From the NCBI GenBank assembly GCA_025937815.1, contig JAICQP010000003.1:1-51652 (forward strand): a DNA stretch of 51,652 bases. Direction: 5' to 3'. Each line of letters starts with the position of its first letter. Position 1 is the first letter of the stretch. The notes below the pieces were generated by a model. That model was given only the letters and a program-made list of their open reading frames with translations, ran no database searches and was not told the DNA's origin. The translations under genes and the position numbers were made by a program. This document shows positions 29,312 through 38,683 of the stretch, piece after piece. This stretch comes from Gemmatimonadota bacterium (GTDB taxonomy: Bacteria; Gemmatimonadota; Gemmatimonadetes; JACCXV01; JAHWKZ01).

Positions 29312-30700
29312 GTGAAACCGGCGTTTTTCCTCCCCCCGGCGACTCTCGCCGTCCTCGTCGCGTTCCTTTCAGCGCCCACCGCGGCTCGTGCGCAGCCCAC
29401 GGTCGCGCCCGCTTCGGCGCGCACGGAGCTGGGACTTACCGTCTACAGCGGCTTCGCGGTCCTCCGCGAGACGCGCTCGCTCCAGGGGGGCCCCGCGGCG
29501 AACGTCCTATGGCTCGACGTCCCGCCCTCGATCGATGCCGGCACCGTCGTCCTCAGAAGCGGCGAACGGACGGTGGAGATCCGGCGGCAGGATTGGCAGG
29601 CCCCGCTGTCCTCGAGCGCCGCGCTCGGCGCGGCGGTGGGATCCCCGGTCACGCTGATCGCCGAGGACGGAACGAGAACTCAGGCGGTGCTGGAGTCCGC
29701 GGACGGCCCCACGTTCCGGATCGGAGACCGGGTCGTCGTCGAATGGCCGGGCGCCGTCGAGCTGCCGGCTCCGCCGGACGACGCGCCCGGAGGCGCGCTT
29801 CGCTGGGAGCTCGCCGAGCCGGCCGGCCCGGCACTGACGGCGGCGTACCTCGCCGACGGGCTCACCTGGGCCGCGGACTACACGGCCGTGCTCGACGGCG
29901 ACGCGATGGCGCTGGACGGCTTCGTCACTGTCCAGAACGGCACCGGACTGGCGTTCCCGGACGCGCGTCTCCAGCTGGTGGCCGGCGACGTTCGCCGCGC
30001 CGGGTTCGCCGGACCGCCCCAGCCCATGATGCGGATGGCTGAGATGGCCGCCCAGGACGCGGCCGCCAACGTGGTCCCGCTCGGCGACGTGTACCTCTAC
30101 ACCATCGATCGCCCGGTCACCATCACCGCCCTGGGGTCCAATCGCATCTCGCTGCTCCACTCCGAGCGCGTGCCGGTGCGGCGCGAGTACGTCCTCTTCG
30201 GCCAGCCCTGGTGGTACCAGAGCCCCGCGCCCGACCTGCCGCCGGTCGAGCACCCCCAGGTGCGGATCCGGTTCGAGAACGAGGGCCTGTCCGGCCGGGA
30301 CGATCCGCTGCCCGCCGGTTCGCTCCACACCTGGCGCGAGGACGAATCCGGCCGGCTCCAGTACAGCGGCGGCGCCTTCATCCCGCACACGCCGGCCGGC
30401 GAGGAGGTGGTGGTCACCATCGGCTCGAGCTTCGACCTCGTGGCCGAGCGGGTCCAGACCGACTATCGCCAGCTCGACCCGCGCACCTTCGAGAGCGCCT
30501 GGCGGATCGAGATCCGCAACCGCGGAGATTCGGGCGCTTCGGTGCTGGTCCTCGAGCAGATGCCGGGCCTCGAGTGGACGATCGTCGAAGAGAGCCATCC
30601 CCACGAGCAGGTCGACGTCCAGACGGTGCGCTGGAGGATCGAGGTTCCGGCCGAGGGCTCGACCACGCTCACCTACAGGGTCCGGGTGACGCAGGGTTGA
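29312..30700 (+). CDS. DUF4139 domain exported protein
   Basis: Signal peptide; LTVYSGFAVLRETR, YLADGLTWAADY, QNGTG..FPDARLQLVAGDV, PLPAG, IPHTPAGE, FDL. Confidence 0.8.
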   Translation: MKPAFFLPPATLAVLVAFLSAPTAARAQPTVAPASARTELGLTVYSGFAVLRETRSLQGGPAANVLWLDVPPSIDAGTVVLRSGERTVEIRRQDWQAPLSSSAALGAAVGSPVTLIAEDGTRTQAVLESADGPTFRIGDRVVVEWPGAVELPAPPDDAPGGALRWELAEPAGPALTAAYLADGLTWAADYTAVLDGDAMALDGFVTVQNGTGLAFPDARLQLVAGDVRRAGFAGPPQPMMRMAEMAAQDAAANVVPLGDVYLYTIDRPVTITALGSNRISLLHSERVPVRREYVLFGQPWWYQSPAPDLPPVEHPQVRIRFENEGLSGRDDPLPAGSLHTWREDESGRLQYSGGAFIPHTPAGEEVVVTIGSSFDLVAERVQTDYRQLDPRTFESAWRIEIRNRGDSGASVLVLEQMPGLEWTIVEESHPHEQVDVQTVRWRIEVPAEGSTTLTYRVRVTQG

Positions 30701-30731
30701 ACGAACCCGCGCGCACGGCGGTCGATACTCC

Positions 30732-31955
30732 GTGAACTTCTGGGAAGCCCTGACCTCGGCGCTCCATTCGCTGCGCGGGAGCAAGCTGCGCTCGTTCCTC
30801 ACGCTGCTCGGGATCATCGTCGCGGTGACCTCGATCATCGCGGTCGTCACGGTCATCCAGGGCCTCAACTCGAAGGTCTCGGAGCTCGTCACCGGGCGCG
30901 GCGCCGACGTGTTCGTGCTCGACCGGATCGGGACCAGCGAGGCGTTCAGCTCCCAGGCCATGATCGAGGCGTTGAGCCGGCCCGAGTTGACGGCCGAGGA
31001 CGCGGAGGCCCTCACGCGCGAGGGGACGACGCTGGCCTACGTCGCCGCCGAGGTCGCGACCCGCGAGGACGTCTGGGGCGGGAGCCGGAAGGTCGAGGAC
31101 ATGAACATCAACGGCGTGGGCCCCGAGTATCCCTACCTGTCGACTTTCGAGATAGCGCGCGGGCGCCATCTGTCGCCCCTGGAGATCGACCGCGCCCGCC
31201 CGGTCGCCGTCATCGGGGAGGACGTCAGCATGGAGCTCTTCCCCACCGCCGATCCGCTCGGCCAGACGATCCGCGTCCGGGGCCGGCACTTCCAGGTGAT
31301 AGGCGTCGCCAAGCCGCAGGGCTCCACGTTCGGCGTGACGCAGGACGACTTCGTCGTCATCCCGCTGGCTGCCTGGCAGAAGATCTTCTCCCGGCGGGAG
31401 AGCGTGAGCATCTCGATCAAGGCCGGCAATCCGGACGACATCCAGGCATCGATCGACGAGGCGCGGATGATCATGCGCGCGCGTCACAATCTGAGGCCGT
31501 CGGAGCCGGACGACTTCGGCTTCATGACGACCCAGGAGCTGCTCGACCTCTACCGGAAGATCACGACCGGCATCTACTCGGCGCTCGTGGGCCTGGTGGC
31601 GATCTCGCTCGTCATCGGGGGGATCGTGGTCATGAACATCATGCTGGTGGCCGTCACCGAGCGCACGCGCGAGATCGGCATCCGCAAAGCGATCGGAGCG
31701 CGCGGATCGGACATCATGCGCCAGTTTCTCACCGAGGCCGTCATTCTGTCCGCCCTCGGCGGGCTGACCGGAGTGGCGCTCGGGTTCGGGATCGCGATTC
31801 TGATCTCCCAGGTCACGCCGCTCCCCTACGCGCTCAAGTGGTGGTCGATCGCGCTGGGGATCGGAGTGTCCTCCCTGGTCGGAATCGTCTTCGGGATCTA
31901 CCCGGCGGCCAAGGCCTCGCGGCTCGACCCGATCGAGGCCCTGCGCCATGAGTGA
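30732..31955 (+). CDS. MacB/FtsX-family ABC transporter permease
   Basis: KLRSFLTLLGII, periplasmic core, GGIVVMNIMLVAVTERTREIGIRKAIGA, LDPIEALRHE. Confidence 0.93.
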   Translation: MNFWEALTSALHSLRGSKLRSFLTLLGIIVAVTSIIAVVTVIQGLNSKVSELVTGRGADVFVLDRIGTSEAFSSQAMIEALSRPELTAEDAEALTREGTTLAYVAAEVATREDVWGGSRKVEDMNINGVGPEYPYLSTFEIARGRHLSPLEIDRARPVAVIGEDVSMELFPTADPLGQTIRVRGRHFQVIGVAKPQGSTFGVTQDDFVVIPLAAWQKIFSRRESVSISIKAGNPDDIQASIDEARMIMRARHNLRPSEPDDFGFMTTQELLDLYRKITTGIYSALVGLVAISLVIGGIVVMNIMLVAVTERTREIGIRKAIGARGSDIMRQFLTEAVILSALGGLTGVALGFGIAILISQVTPLPYALKWWSIALGIGVSSLVGIVFGIYPAAKASRLDPIEALRHE

Positions 31956-33249
31956 CGCTCCGGGGACTTCGCTCCGCACCCGGCTTCGCGACAACCAGGG
32001 GCTCACGCAGGTTCGCGAGAGCGCCCGCATGGCCATCGACACGCTCGTCGCCCACAAGCTGCGCTCGTTCCTGACCATACTCGGAATCGTGATCGGCGTA
32101 ACGGCCATCGTCGGGATGACCTCGCTCGTGCGCGGGCTCGACGAGTCGATCGTCGGGGAGATCAAGGAGATCGGCGCGAACCACCTGTACCTGCGCAAGT
32201 GGGGCGGGAGGATCGTGGCCGGCGAACGCGAGTTCCTGCGGCTGGAGCGCCGGCCGGAGATCAACCAGGCCGACGTGCGCGCGATCGCGCGCGAGATTCC
32301 CACGGTACAGAACTACGACGTCATGCTGGGGACGGGCCCGTTCCCCGTCCATCGGTCGATTTCGTACGGGGCCAACGAGACCGACAAGGACATCCTCGGC
32401 GTCAGCGAGCAGTACCCCATCGTCAGCGCAGCCGACATGGCGGCGGGCAGGTTCTTCACGGCCAGCGAGGTGCGGAACTCCTCCCGCGTTGTCGTTCTCG
32501 GTCAGGGTGTGGTCGACGTCCTTTTTCCGCACATCGATCCCGTCGGAAAGACGCTTCGCCTGGGGGGCCTCGCGTACACCGTGCTCGGCGTGTTCGAGGA
32601 GCAGGCCCTGCTCCTGTTCGGGCAGACCAAGGACGAACGGGTGGTCATCCCCTACACCGCGCTGCATCGCGACTTCGAGTCCGGCGGCGAGATGGACATC
32701 ATGCTCGTCCTCGTCCCGGCGAGCGCGGAACTGGTCGACGAGACCCGCGACGAGGTGACCTTTTTGATGCGCAGCCGCCACAACCTGCGGCCGGGCGAAG
32801 AGAACGACTTCGACATCATCACGCAGTCGAACTTCCTCGACCTGTGGGACCAGATCACGGGCTCGATATTCCTGGCTATGATCGTGATCAGCTCGATCGG
32901 GCTGATGGTCGGCGGCATCGGGGTCATGAACATCATGCTCGTCAGCGTGACGGAGCGGACGCGGGAGATCGGGGTGCGGAAGGCGCTGGGCGCGCGCCGG
33001 CGCGACATCCTGTGGCAGTTCCTGATCGAGGCGGTGGTCCTGACGGGGATCGGCGGCGTGTTCGGCGTACTGATCGGAAGCGCGCTCGGGGCCGGGGTCG
33101 CCAAGCTGATCCACTTCCCGGTCTCGCTGCCGCTCTGGTCGTTCGTCCTGGGCGTCGGGTTCAGCGCCGCGATCGGTATCTTCTTCGGGCTCTTCCCCGC
33201 CAGCAAGGCCGCCAACCTCGATCCGATCGAAGCGCTGCGGTACGAGTAG
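31948..33249 (+). CDS. MacB/FtsX-family ABC transporter permease
   Basis: KLRSFLTILGIVIG, GGIGVMNIMLVSVTERTREIG, LDPIEALRYE. Confidence 0.93.
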   Translation: MSDAPGTSLRTRLRDNQGLTQVRESARMAIDTLVAHKLRSFLTILGIVIGVTAIVGMTSLVRGLDESIVGEIKEIGANHLYLRKWGGRIVAGEREFLRLERRPEINQADVRAIAREIPTVQNYDVMLGTGPFPVHRSISYGANETDKDILGVSEQYPIVSAADMAAGRFFTASEVRNSSRVVVLGQGVVDVLFPHIDPVGKTLRLGGLAYTVLGVFEEQALLLFGQTKDERVVIPYTALHRDFESGGEMDIMLVLVPASAELVDETRDEVTFLMRSRHNLRPGEENDFDIITQSNFLDLWDQITGSIFLAMIVISSIGLMVGGIGVMNIMLVSVTERTREIGVRKALGARRRDILWQFLIEAVVLTGIGGVFGVLIGSALGAGVAKLIHFPVSLPLWSFVLGVGFSAAIGIFFGLFPASKAANLDPIEALRYE

Positions 33250-33252
33250 GCC

Positions 33253-33717
33253 TCAGCGATCCGGCGTCTGAAGCTGGATCCCTTCCTGGACGGCGCGCCG
33301 CTGCAACTCGTTCGCGCTGTCGACAAGCGCGTTGTGCGCTTCCACGAGTGCCGAGTACTCGGCGTAGAGCCGCTGGATTTCAGCGAGTTCCACGTTGTGC
33401 TTCGACACAGCCTCGTTGTGGCGATCGATCTCGCGCAAGTAGATCCGGTGTTCCGTGGACGGCAGCCTGCCGTCCACCGCCTGACGACCCAGATGGCCGA
33501 GCCTCTCGCCCGCGCTCGCGATCGCCCGCTTGTCGGCATCGAGCGCGCGGTCCATGCGTGTGAGGACGAGCTTGAGGGAGTCGATCCGGGCGGATTGCAT
33601 CTCGAGGTCGTCGCTGACCGACGCCCAGGCCGACCGCTCGGGGGCCTGACCGCGCCAGCGCACCCAGCCCCACGCGATCGACCCCATCGCCAGGATCGCG
33701 CTCAGGACGAGGAACAC
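33253..33717 (-). CDS. Hypothetical membrane-anchored coiled-coil protein
   Basis: N-terminal TM followed by heptad-rich helices with HN repeats; may start at CTG 33741 (CTGA overlap). Confidence 0.6.
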   Translation of the reverse strand: MFLVLSAILAMGSIAWGWVRWRGQAPERSAWASVSDDLEMQSARIDSLKLVLTRMDRALDADKRAIASAGERLGHLGRQAVDGRLPSTEHRIYLREIDRHNEAVSKHNVELAEIQRLYAEYSALVEAHNALVDSANELQRRAVQEGIQLQTPDR

Positions 33718-33737
33718 CCGGAACTGGCGGGTGGTTC

Positions 33738-35747
33738 TCAGCGGGCCTCGGTGCTCGCGAGCTCACGCTCGAGCTCCGCGTGCTCACGCTCGAGCGCGCT
33801 CCACTCTTCCACCAGGCGCTCCACGGTCGCGGCCGCCTCGCGCTCCTCCGCCTCGAGCGAGCGAACGTCCTCGCGTCCGGTCTCGGCATAGAAGGCGGGG
33901 TCGGCGAAGCGCGCGTGGATCTCCGCGAGACGGGCCTCGGCCCGCTCGATCTCCTCCAGCATTCGATCTCTCTCTACGGCGAGCTCGGACGCTCGGCGGC
34001 GAAGGGACTTTCCATCGCGGAGCGCCCGGGCCGCATTTCCATCCGCTTTCGCCCCCCGCGCCCCGCGGGCTCCCCGCGCCCCGCGCTCTCCACTGCGGCT
34101 CTGGACCTCCGACGAGCGCTCCCGCAGCTGGCGCGTCGACACGGCCTCGACGTCCAGGTGATCGTCGCCGCATGCGGCCACGTAGTCGTCGTATCCGCCC
34201 CGGAAGTCGCGGATGCCGTCGGGCTCGATCTCTAAGATGCGATCAGCGACCTCGCGCACAAACCAGCGGTCGTGGCTCACCAGGATCACGGTCCCGTCGA
34301 ACGACTTCAGGCCCTCGACCAGCGACTCGATCGCCTCGAGGTCCAGGTGGTTCGTCGGCTCGTCGAGGACGAGCACGTTGGGTTTCTCCACTGCCAGCCG
34401 CGCGAACACGAGTCGCGCCGCCTCGCCGCCCGACAGCTTCCCGACCGGCTTGTGGGCCTCGTCGCCCGAGAAGAGCACGAGCCCCAGCTGGCCGCGGACG
34501 AACCCGATCCCCTCTCCGGGGCAGGCCTCCCACAGCCAGCTCTCGGCGGTCTGCTTTCCGTCGCCGAGCTGCTCGCGATGGTCCTGCGCGAACCATCCGG
34601 GGTGCGCCTCGTACCCCCACTCCACCTCACCACCGTCCTGCTCCAGGACTCCCACGAGGATCTTGAGCAGCGTCGACTTGCCGATGCCGTTGGGACCGAG
34701 GATCGCCAGCCTGTCGCCGCGCTTGACCTCGAGCGAGACGTCCTTCAAGACTTCGCGTTCCCCGAACGCCTTCGAGATGCCGCGCGCCACCAGGGCGACC
34801 TTGCCGCTCGGGCGCCGCTGCCGGAAGCGGAACGTCGGCCAGCGCCGCGAGCTCTGCGGCAGCCGCTCGATCTCGATCTTCTCGATCTGCTTGATGCGGC
34901 TCTGCGCCTGGCGCGCCTTGGTGGCCTTGGCGCGAAAGCGGTCCACGAACGCCTGCTTGTCCGCGATCTCCTTCTCCCGGCGCGCGATCTCCAGCTCCTT
35001 CCGCTCGCGCTCCTCGCGCTTGGCCGTCTGGAAGTACGTGTAGTCTCCGGGGTAGAGGATGACGGTCTCGTAATCGACATCGAGGATGTGCGTCGAGACG
35101 TTGTCCAGGAAGCGGTGGTCGTGGGAGATGACCACGGCCGTGCCCTCGTACTCCTGCAGGAACTTCTCGAGCCAGCGGATCGACAGGATGTCGAGATGGT
35201 TGGTGGGCTCGTCTAGGAGCAGGATATCCGGGTTCGCGGCCAGCGTCTGGGCGAGCAGGACGCGCAGCTTGAATCCGCCGGACAAGGTCGAGAGCGGGCG
35301 GGAATGGACAGCCGCGGGAATCCCCAGCCCCTCGAGGATCTCGGCCGCGCGGGCCTCGACCGAATAGCCGTCGTGGTGGAGGACGATCTCCTCGGCGGCC
35401 GCGTACCGCTCGGCATCGAAATGGTCGGCCGCCCGGGCGAGCACCTCCTCCTTCGCCTTCAGGGCCTGCCACAGCTCCCGGTTCCCCATCAGGACCACGT
35501 CGAGGATCGGGACGTCCTCGAACTCGAAGTGGTCCTGCCGCAACATCCCGACCCGCGCTCGGCGGGGGACCGTCACCGCGCCCCCGCTGGGCTCCGACTC
35601 GCCCGCGAGGATCCTCAGCAGGGTCGATTTTCCCGATCCGTTGGCGCCCACGAGCCCGTACCGGCTGCCCTCCGTCAGCTGCAGCGACACGCCCTCGAAC
35701 AGGGTCTGCGCCCCGAACGACTTCCCGAGATTCGAGATCGTGATCAT
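33738..35747 (-). CDS. ABC-F ATPase (YbiT-like) with C-terminal coiled coil
   Basis: Two ABC domains (GANGSGKST/LSGG/DEPTNHLD; GPNGIGKST/LSGGE/DEPTNHLD), inter-domain linker RFRAKATKARQAQSR, no TM segments. Confidence 0.92.
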   Translation of the reverse strand: MITISNLGKSFGAQTLFEGVSLQLTEGSRYGLVGANGSGKSTLLRILAGESEPSGGAVTVPRRARVGMLRQDHFEFEDVPILDVVLMGNRELWQALKAKEEVLARAADHFDAERYAAAEEIVLHHDGYSVEARAAEILEGLGIPAAVHSRPLSTLSGGFKLRVLLAQTLAANPDILLLDEPTNHLDILSIRWLEKFLQEYEGTAVVISHDHRFLDNVSTHILDVDYETVILYPGDYTYFQTAKREERERKELEIARREKEIADKQAFVDRFRAKATKARQAQSRIKQIEKIEIERLPQSSRRWPTFRFRQRRPSGKVALVARGISKAFGEREVLKDVSLEVKRGDRLAILGPNGIGKSTLLKILVGVLEQDGGEVEWGYEAHPGWFAQDHREQLGDGKQTAESWLWEACPGEGIGFVRGQLGLVLFSGDEAHKPVGKLSGGEAARLVFARLAVEKPNVLVLDEPTNHLDLEAIESLVEGLKSFDGTVILVSHDRWFVREVADRILEIEPDGIRDFRGGYDDYVAACGDDHLDVEAVSTRQLRERSSEVQSRSGERGARGARGARGAKADGNAARALRDGKSLRRRASELAVERDRMLEEIERAEARLAEIHARFADPAFYAETGREDVRSLEAEEREAAATVERLVEEWSALEREHAELERELASTEAR

Positions 35748-35816
35748 CTATTCAGCAATAGGTTGATCTGTGATACCATAAGATATAATGCATTATTGTG
35801 TTAGATGATGATGGCA

Positions 35817-35871
35817 GGCCGCTCAAAATGGTCGAGATCCCAACGCCGCAGATCGGCCATTTTCAGCGGCC
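35817..35871. repeat. Long imperfect inverted repeat (19-bp arms)
   Basis: GGCCGCTCAAAATGGTCGA (35817-35) and TCGGCCATTTTCAGCGGCC (35853-71), 17/19 complementary; no U-tract. Confidence 0.75.
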
Positions 35872-35872
35872 G

Positions 35873-38668
35873 TCATCCGGCGACGGCGTCTTCGGGGGTC
35901 AGCGCCAAGGAAACCGCCTCGGACATGGAGAGAGCTCGGCCCTCGTCCAGCGCGCGGCACACCTCGTCGTCCCCGAGCGACCGGCGGGTCGCCACCTCGA
36001 TCTCCTCGAAGGACCGTTCCTCCACGGGGCTCGTCGACAGGGTCGCGCGGCGGTGGATTTCCCGCGCGGCGCCGAGCAGGACGGCGGCGCGCCGGTAGTG
36101 ACCCTCGGCGGCCTCCACGCCGGCGAGCCCCAGCAGAGTGAGCGCGGCCGCCGGCAGGTGGCCCAGCTCGTTGACCGCGGTCAGCGCCTCGCAGAACAAC
36201 TCCCGGGCCTGCGCCCAGTTTCCCCGCTCGCGAGCCACGATCGCCAGGTAGTAGCGCGACCATGCCATGCCGGGCCGCGCCCCCAGATCCTCGAACTCCC
36301 GGCGGCTCTCCTCGTAGAGCTCCTGCGCGCGGTCGAGCTCCCCGTCGATGATCGCCATCGTCCCCAGGTATTGGAGCGAGAACGCGTACGTTGTCCGCGC
36401 AGCGCCCCGGCGGGTGATCTCGCGCGCCTCCTCGAAGTAGGAGCGCGCCTTCTCGCGATCCCCGCGCGCGCTGTGGAGATCGCCCAGGTTGAGCAGCGCC
36501 CCCCCGTGACCGAACGCTTCGCCCAGCCCCTGGTAGATCTCCAGCGCTTCCAGGAACATCGGCTCGGCGGCGTCCAGCTCGCGGACCCGGCGCTTCAAGT
36601 TGCCGAGGTTCATTAGCGCCCGGGCTACTCCCTTCCGGTCGTCCAGCCGCCGATAGATCGTCAGGCTCTCCTCGAACGCCGCCGCCACTTCCGGACTGTT
36701 GTCGCCCCCGATCTGGCGGATCCTCCCGAGGAGGTTCAGCGCGCGAGCGCGGGCCCGGTCCGACAGCCCGGTTCCCATGGCGAGCACGCGCTCCAGCCAG
36801 ACCTGCCCCTCCTCGAGGGTGCCGGTCCGGAACCAGAGAAGCGGCAGCGAGACGCAGAGCCGCACCGCGAGGTCCGCTTCCCCGCGCGAGACCGCCCACT
36901 TGAGCGCGGCGCGAAGATTGTCGACCTCGAGAACCAGCCGGTCCAGCCGCGCCTTGGCGTCCCGCTGCGTCGAGTTCGCCTCGTCCGCCTGGTCGGAGAG
37001 CGATGCGAAATGCTCGGCATGTCGCCTGCGCCAGCGGTCCGCCTCTCCGCTCGCTTCGAGGCATTCCACGGCGAACGCGAGAACGGTGCGCAGCCGCTCG
37101 AACCTCGGTTCCCCGGAGGACGTCGGCCGCTGCCTGAGGAGGCTCTTGTCTATCAGCGAGGAGAGGCCCTCCATGACGTCGAGCGGATCATCCGGAGGGG
37201 AGCACACGTATTCCGCCGAGTCGAGCGTGTACCCACCGTCGAATGTCGCCTGCCGGCGGAACAGCGCCTTCTCGTCCTCGTTCAAGAGATCGTACGACCA
37301 GGCGATGGCGTTCCGCAGCGTCCGATGCCGGTCCGGAACGTCGCGCGCCCGCGTAGAGAGAAAGTCGAAGCGCTGCTCGAGCCGCTGCAGCAAGGCCTTC
37401 GGCGTGAAGAGCTGAATGCGGGTCGCGGCGAGCTCGATCGCAAGCGGCAACCCATCGAGCTGACGAACGATCGCCACCACGTCAGCCGCGTTCTCGGAAT
37501 CGAGATGGAAGTCCGGGCGTATCGCCTGCGCGCGCTCGACGAACAGAGCCACCGCCTCGTTTGCGGACACGAGGTCGGGATCGGCATCGCTCGACCTCGG
37601 CAGGTCGAGCGGCCCGAGCGGGTATGCGTGCTCGCCCCCGATCCTGAGCGCGGCCTGACTGGTGACGAGGAGCGTCAGGCGCGGCGCATCCCGCAGGAGC
37701 GCCCCGATCCGCGGCGCGGAGTCGACGATCTGCTCGAAGTTGTCCAGGATCAGGAGCACCTGGCGGTCGGCCAGCCACTGGCGGAGCGCCGTGTCGGGGG
37801 TTTCGCCCGAGTCGGGCATGACGTCCAGCGCCTGGAGGATCACCGACGCCAGGCGCTCCGGCTCCCGCACGGTCGTCAGGTTCACGAAGAACACGCCGTC
37901 CCGGAAGGCGTCGATCACCTCGGCGGCGACCTGCAGCGCGAGCCGTGTCTTCCCTGTTCCGCCGGGTCCCGTAAGGGTGACGAGCCGCGCGCGGTCGCGC
38001 AGGACGAGATCGCGCACGGCCTTGAGCTCGCGCTCCCGACCGACCAGTGGCGTGGCCTGAGCGGGCAGATTGTGCGGCCGGACGTCGAGCGTCCTGAGCG
38101 GGGGAAAATCGTCGTCGAGACCGTCGGCGACGAGCTGGAAGATGCGCACCGGACGATCGAGGTCCTTCAGCCGTCGCTCGCCCATGTCGCGCAGCGCGGC
38201 GCCTTCGGGGAACCGGTCCTCCACCAGCCGCTCGACCGCCTGGCTGAGGAGGATCTGTCCGCCATGCCCGGCGGCCAGGATTCGCGCCGTCCGATTCAGG
38301 GTCGGTCCGAAGAAGTCCCCGTCGCGCTCCTGGGCGTCTCCGGCGTGGAGGGCGATCCGCACGCGGATCGGCTCGGGCGTCTCCCAGGCCTCCGCCCTCA
38401 GCGAGCGCTGGGTGGCGATCGCCGCCATGATCGCCTGGGCCGGGTCGGCGAATACGGCATGGAACGCGTCGCCGACCTCCTTGAAGACGCGCCCGCCGCA
38501 GGCGGCGATGACGTCGCGCATGACGGCGTCATGGCGCTCGAGCGCGCGCGGCATGAAGGCGCGATACCGCTCCCACATCTCGGTGCTGCGCTCGATGTCG
38601 GTGAACAGGAACGTCGCCGTTCCCGCCGAGATGGCTTCTGTCCGGAGCGATTCGTCCACGGGAGACAA
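35873..38668 (-). CDS. Class III adenylate/guanylate cyclase fused to a STAND (NB-ARC-like) ATPase and TPRs
   Basis: FLFTDIERST, KEVGDA, DFFGPTLNRTAR; GPGGTGKTRLA, LILDNFE, DGLPLAIELAA, WSYDLL; C-terminal TPR array. Confidence 0.92.
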   Translation of the reverse strand: MSPVDESLRTEAISAGTATFLFTDIERSTEMWERYRAFMPRALERHDAVMRDVIAACGGRVFKEVGDAFHAVFADPAQAIMAAIATQRSLRAEAWETPEPIRVRIALHAGDAQERDGDFFGPTLNRTARILAAGHGGQILLSQAVERLVEDRFPEGAALRDMGERRLKDLDRPVRIFQLVADGLDDDFPPLRTLDVRPHNLPAQATPLVGRERELKAVRDLVLRDRARLVTLTGPGGTGKTRLALQVAAEVIDAFRDGVFFVNLTTVREPERLASVILQALDVMPDSGETPDTALRQWLADRQVLLILDNFEQIVDSAPRIGALLRDAPRLTLLVTSQAALRIGGEHAYPLGPLDLPRSSDADPDLVSANEAVALFVERAQAIRPDFHLDSENAADVVAIVRQLDGLPLAIELAATRIQLFTPKALLQRLEQRFDFLSTRARDVPDRHRTLRNAIAWSYDLLNEDEKALFRRQATFDGGYTLDSAEYVCSPPDDPLDVMEGLSSLIDKSLLRQRPTSSGEPRFERLRTVLAFAVECLEASGEADRWRRRHAEHFASLSDQADEANSTQRDAKARLDRLVLEVDNLRAALKWAVSRGEADLAVRLCVSLPLLWFRTGTLEEGQVWLERVLAMGTGLSDRARARALNLLGRIRQIGGDNSPEVAAAFEESLTIYRRLDDRKGVARALMNLGNLKRRVRELDAAEPMFLEALEIYQGLGEAFGHGGALLNLGDLHSARGDREKARSYFEEAREITRRGAARTTYAFSLQYLGTMAIIDGELDRAQELYEESRREFEDLGARPGMAWSRYYLAIVARERGNWAQARELFCEALTAVNELGHLPAAALTLLGLAGVEAAEGHYRRAAVLLGAAREIHRRATLSTSPVEERSFEEIEVATRRSLGDDEVCRALDEGRALSMSEAVSLALTPEDAVAG

Positions 38669-38683
38669 CCCTGCAGGCCGGCC

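Noticed and set aside
30732-33249. Repeated DNA segments between the two permease genes
   Set aside because: Explained by conserved paralog motifs; not a repeat element.
35763-35789. Antisense sigma70 promoter TTGATC..TATAAT on the + strand
   Set aside because: The spacer is only 15 bp and such matches are expected in an AT-rich patch; it cannot be supported without TSS data.
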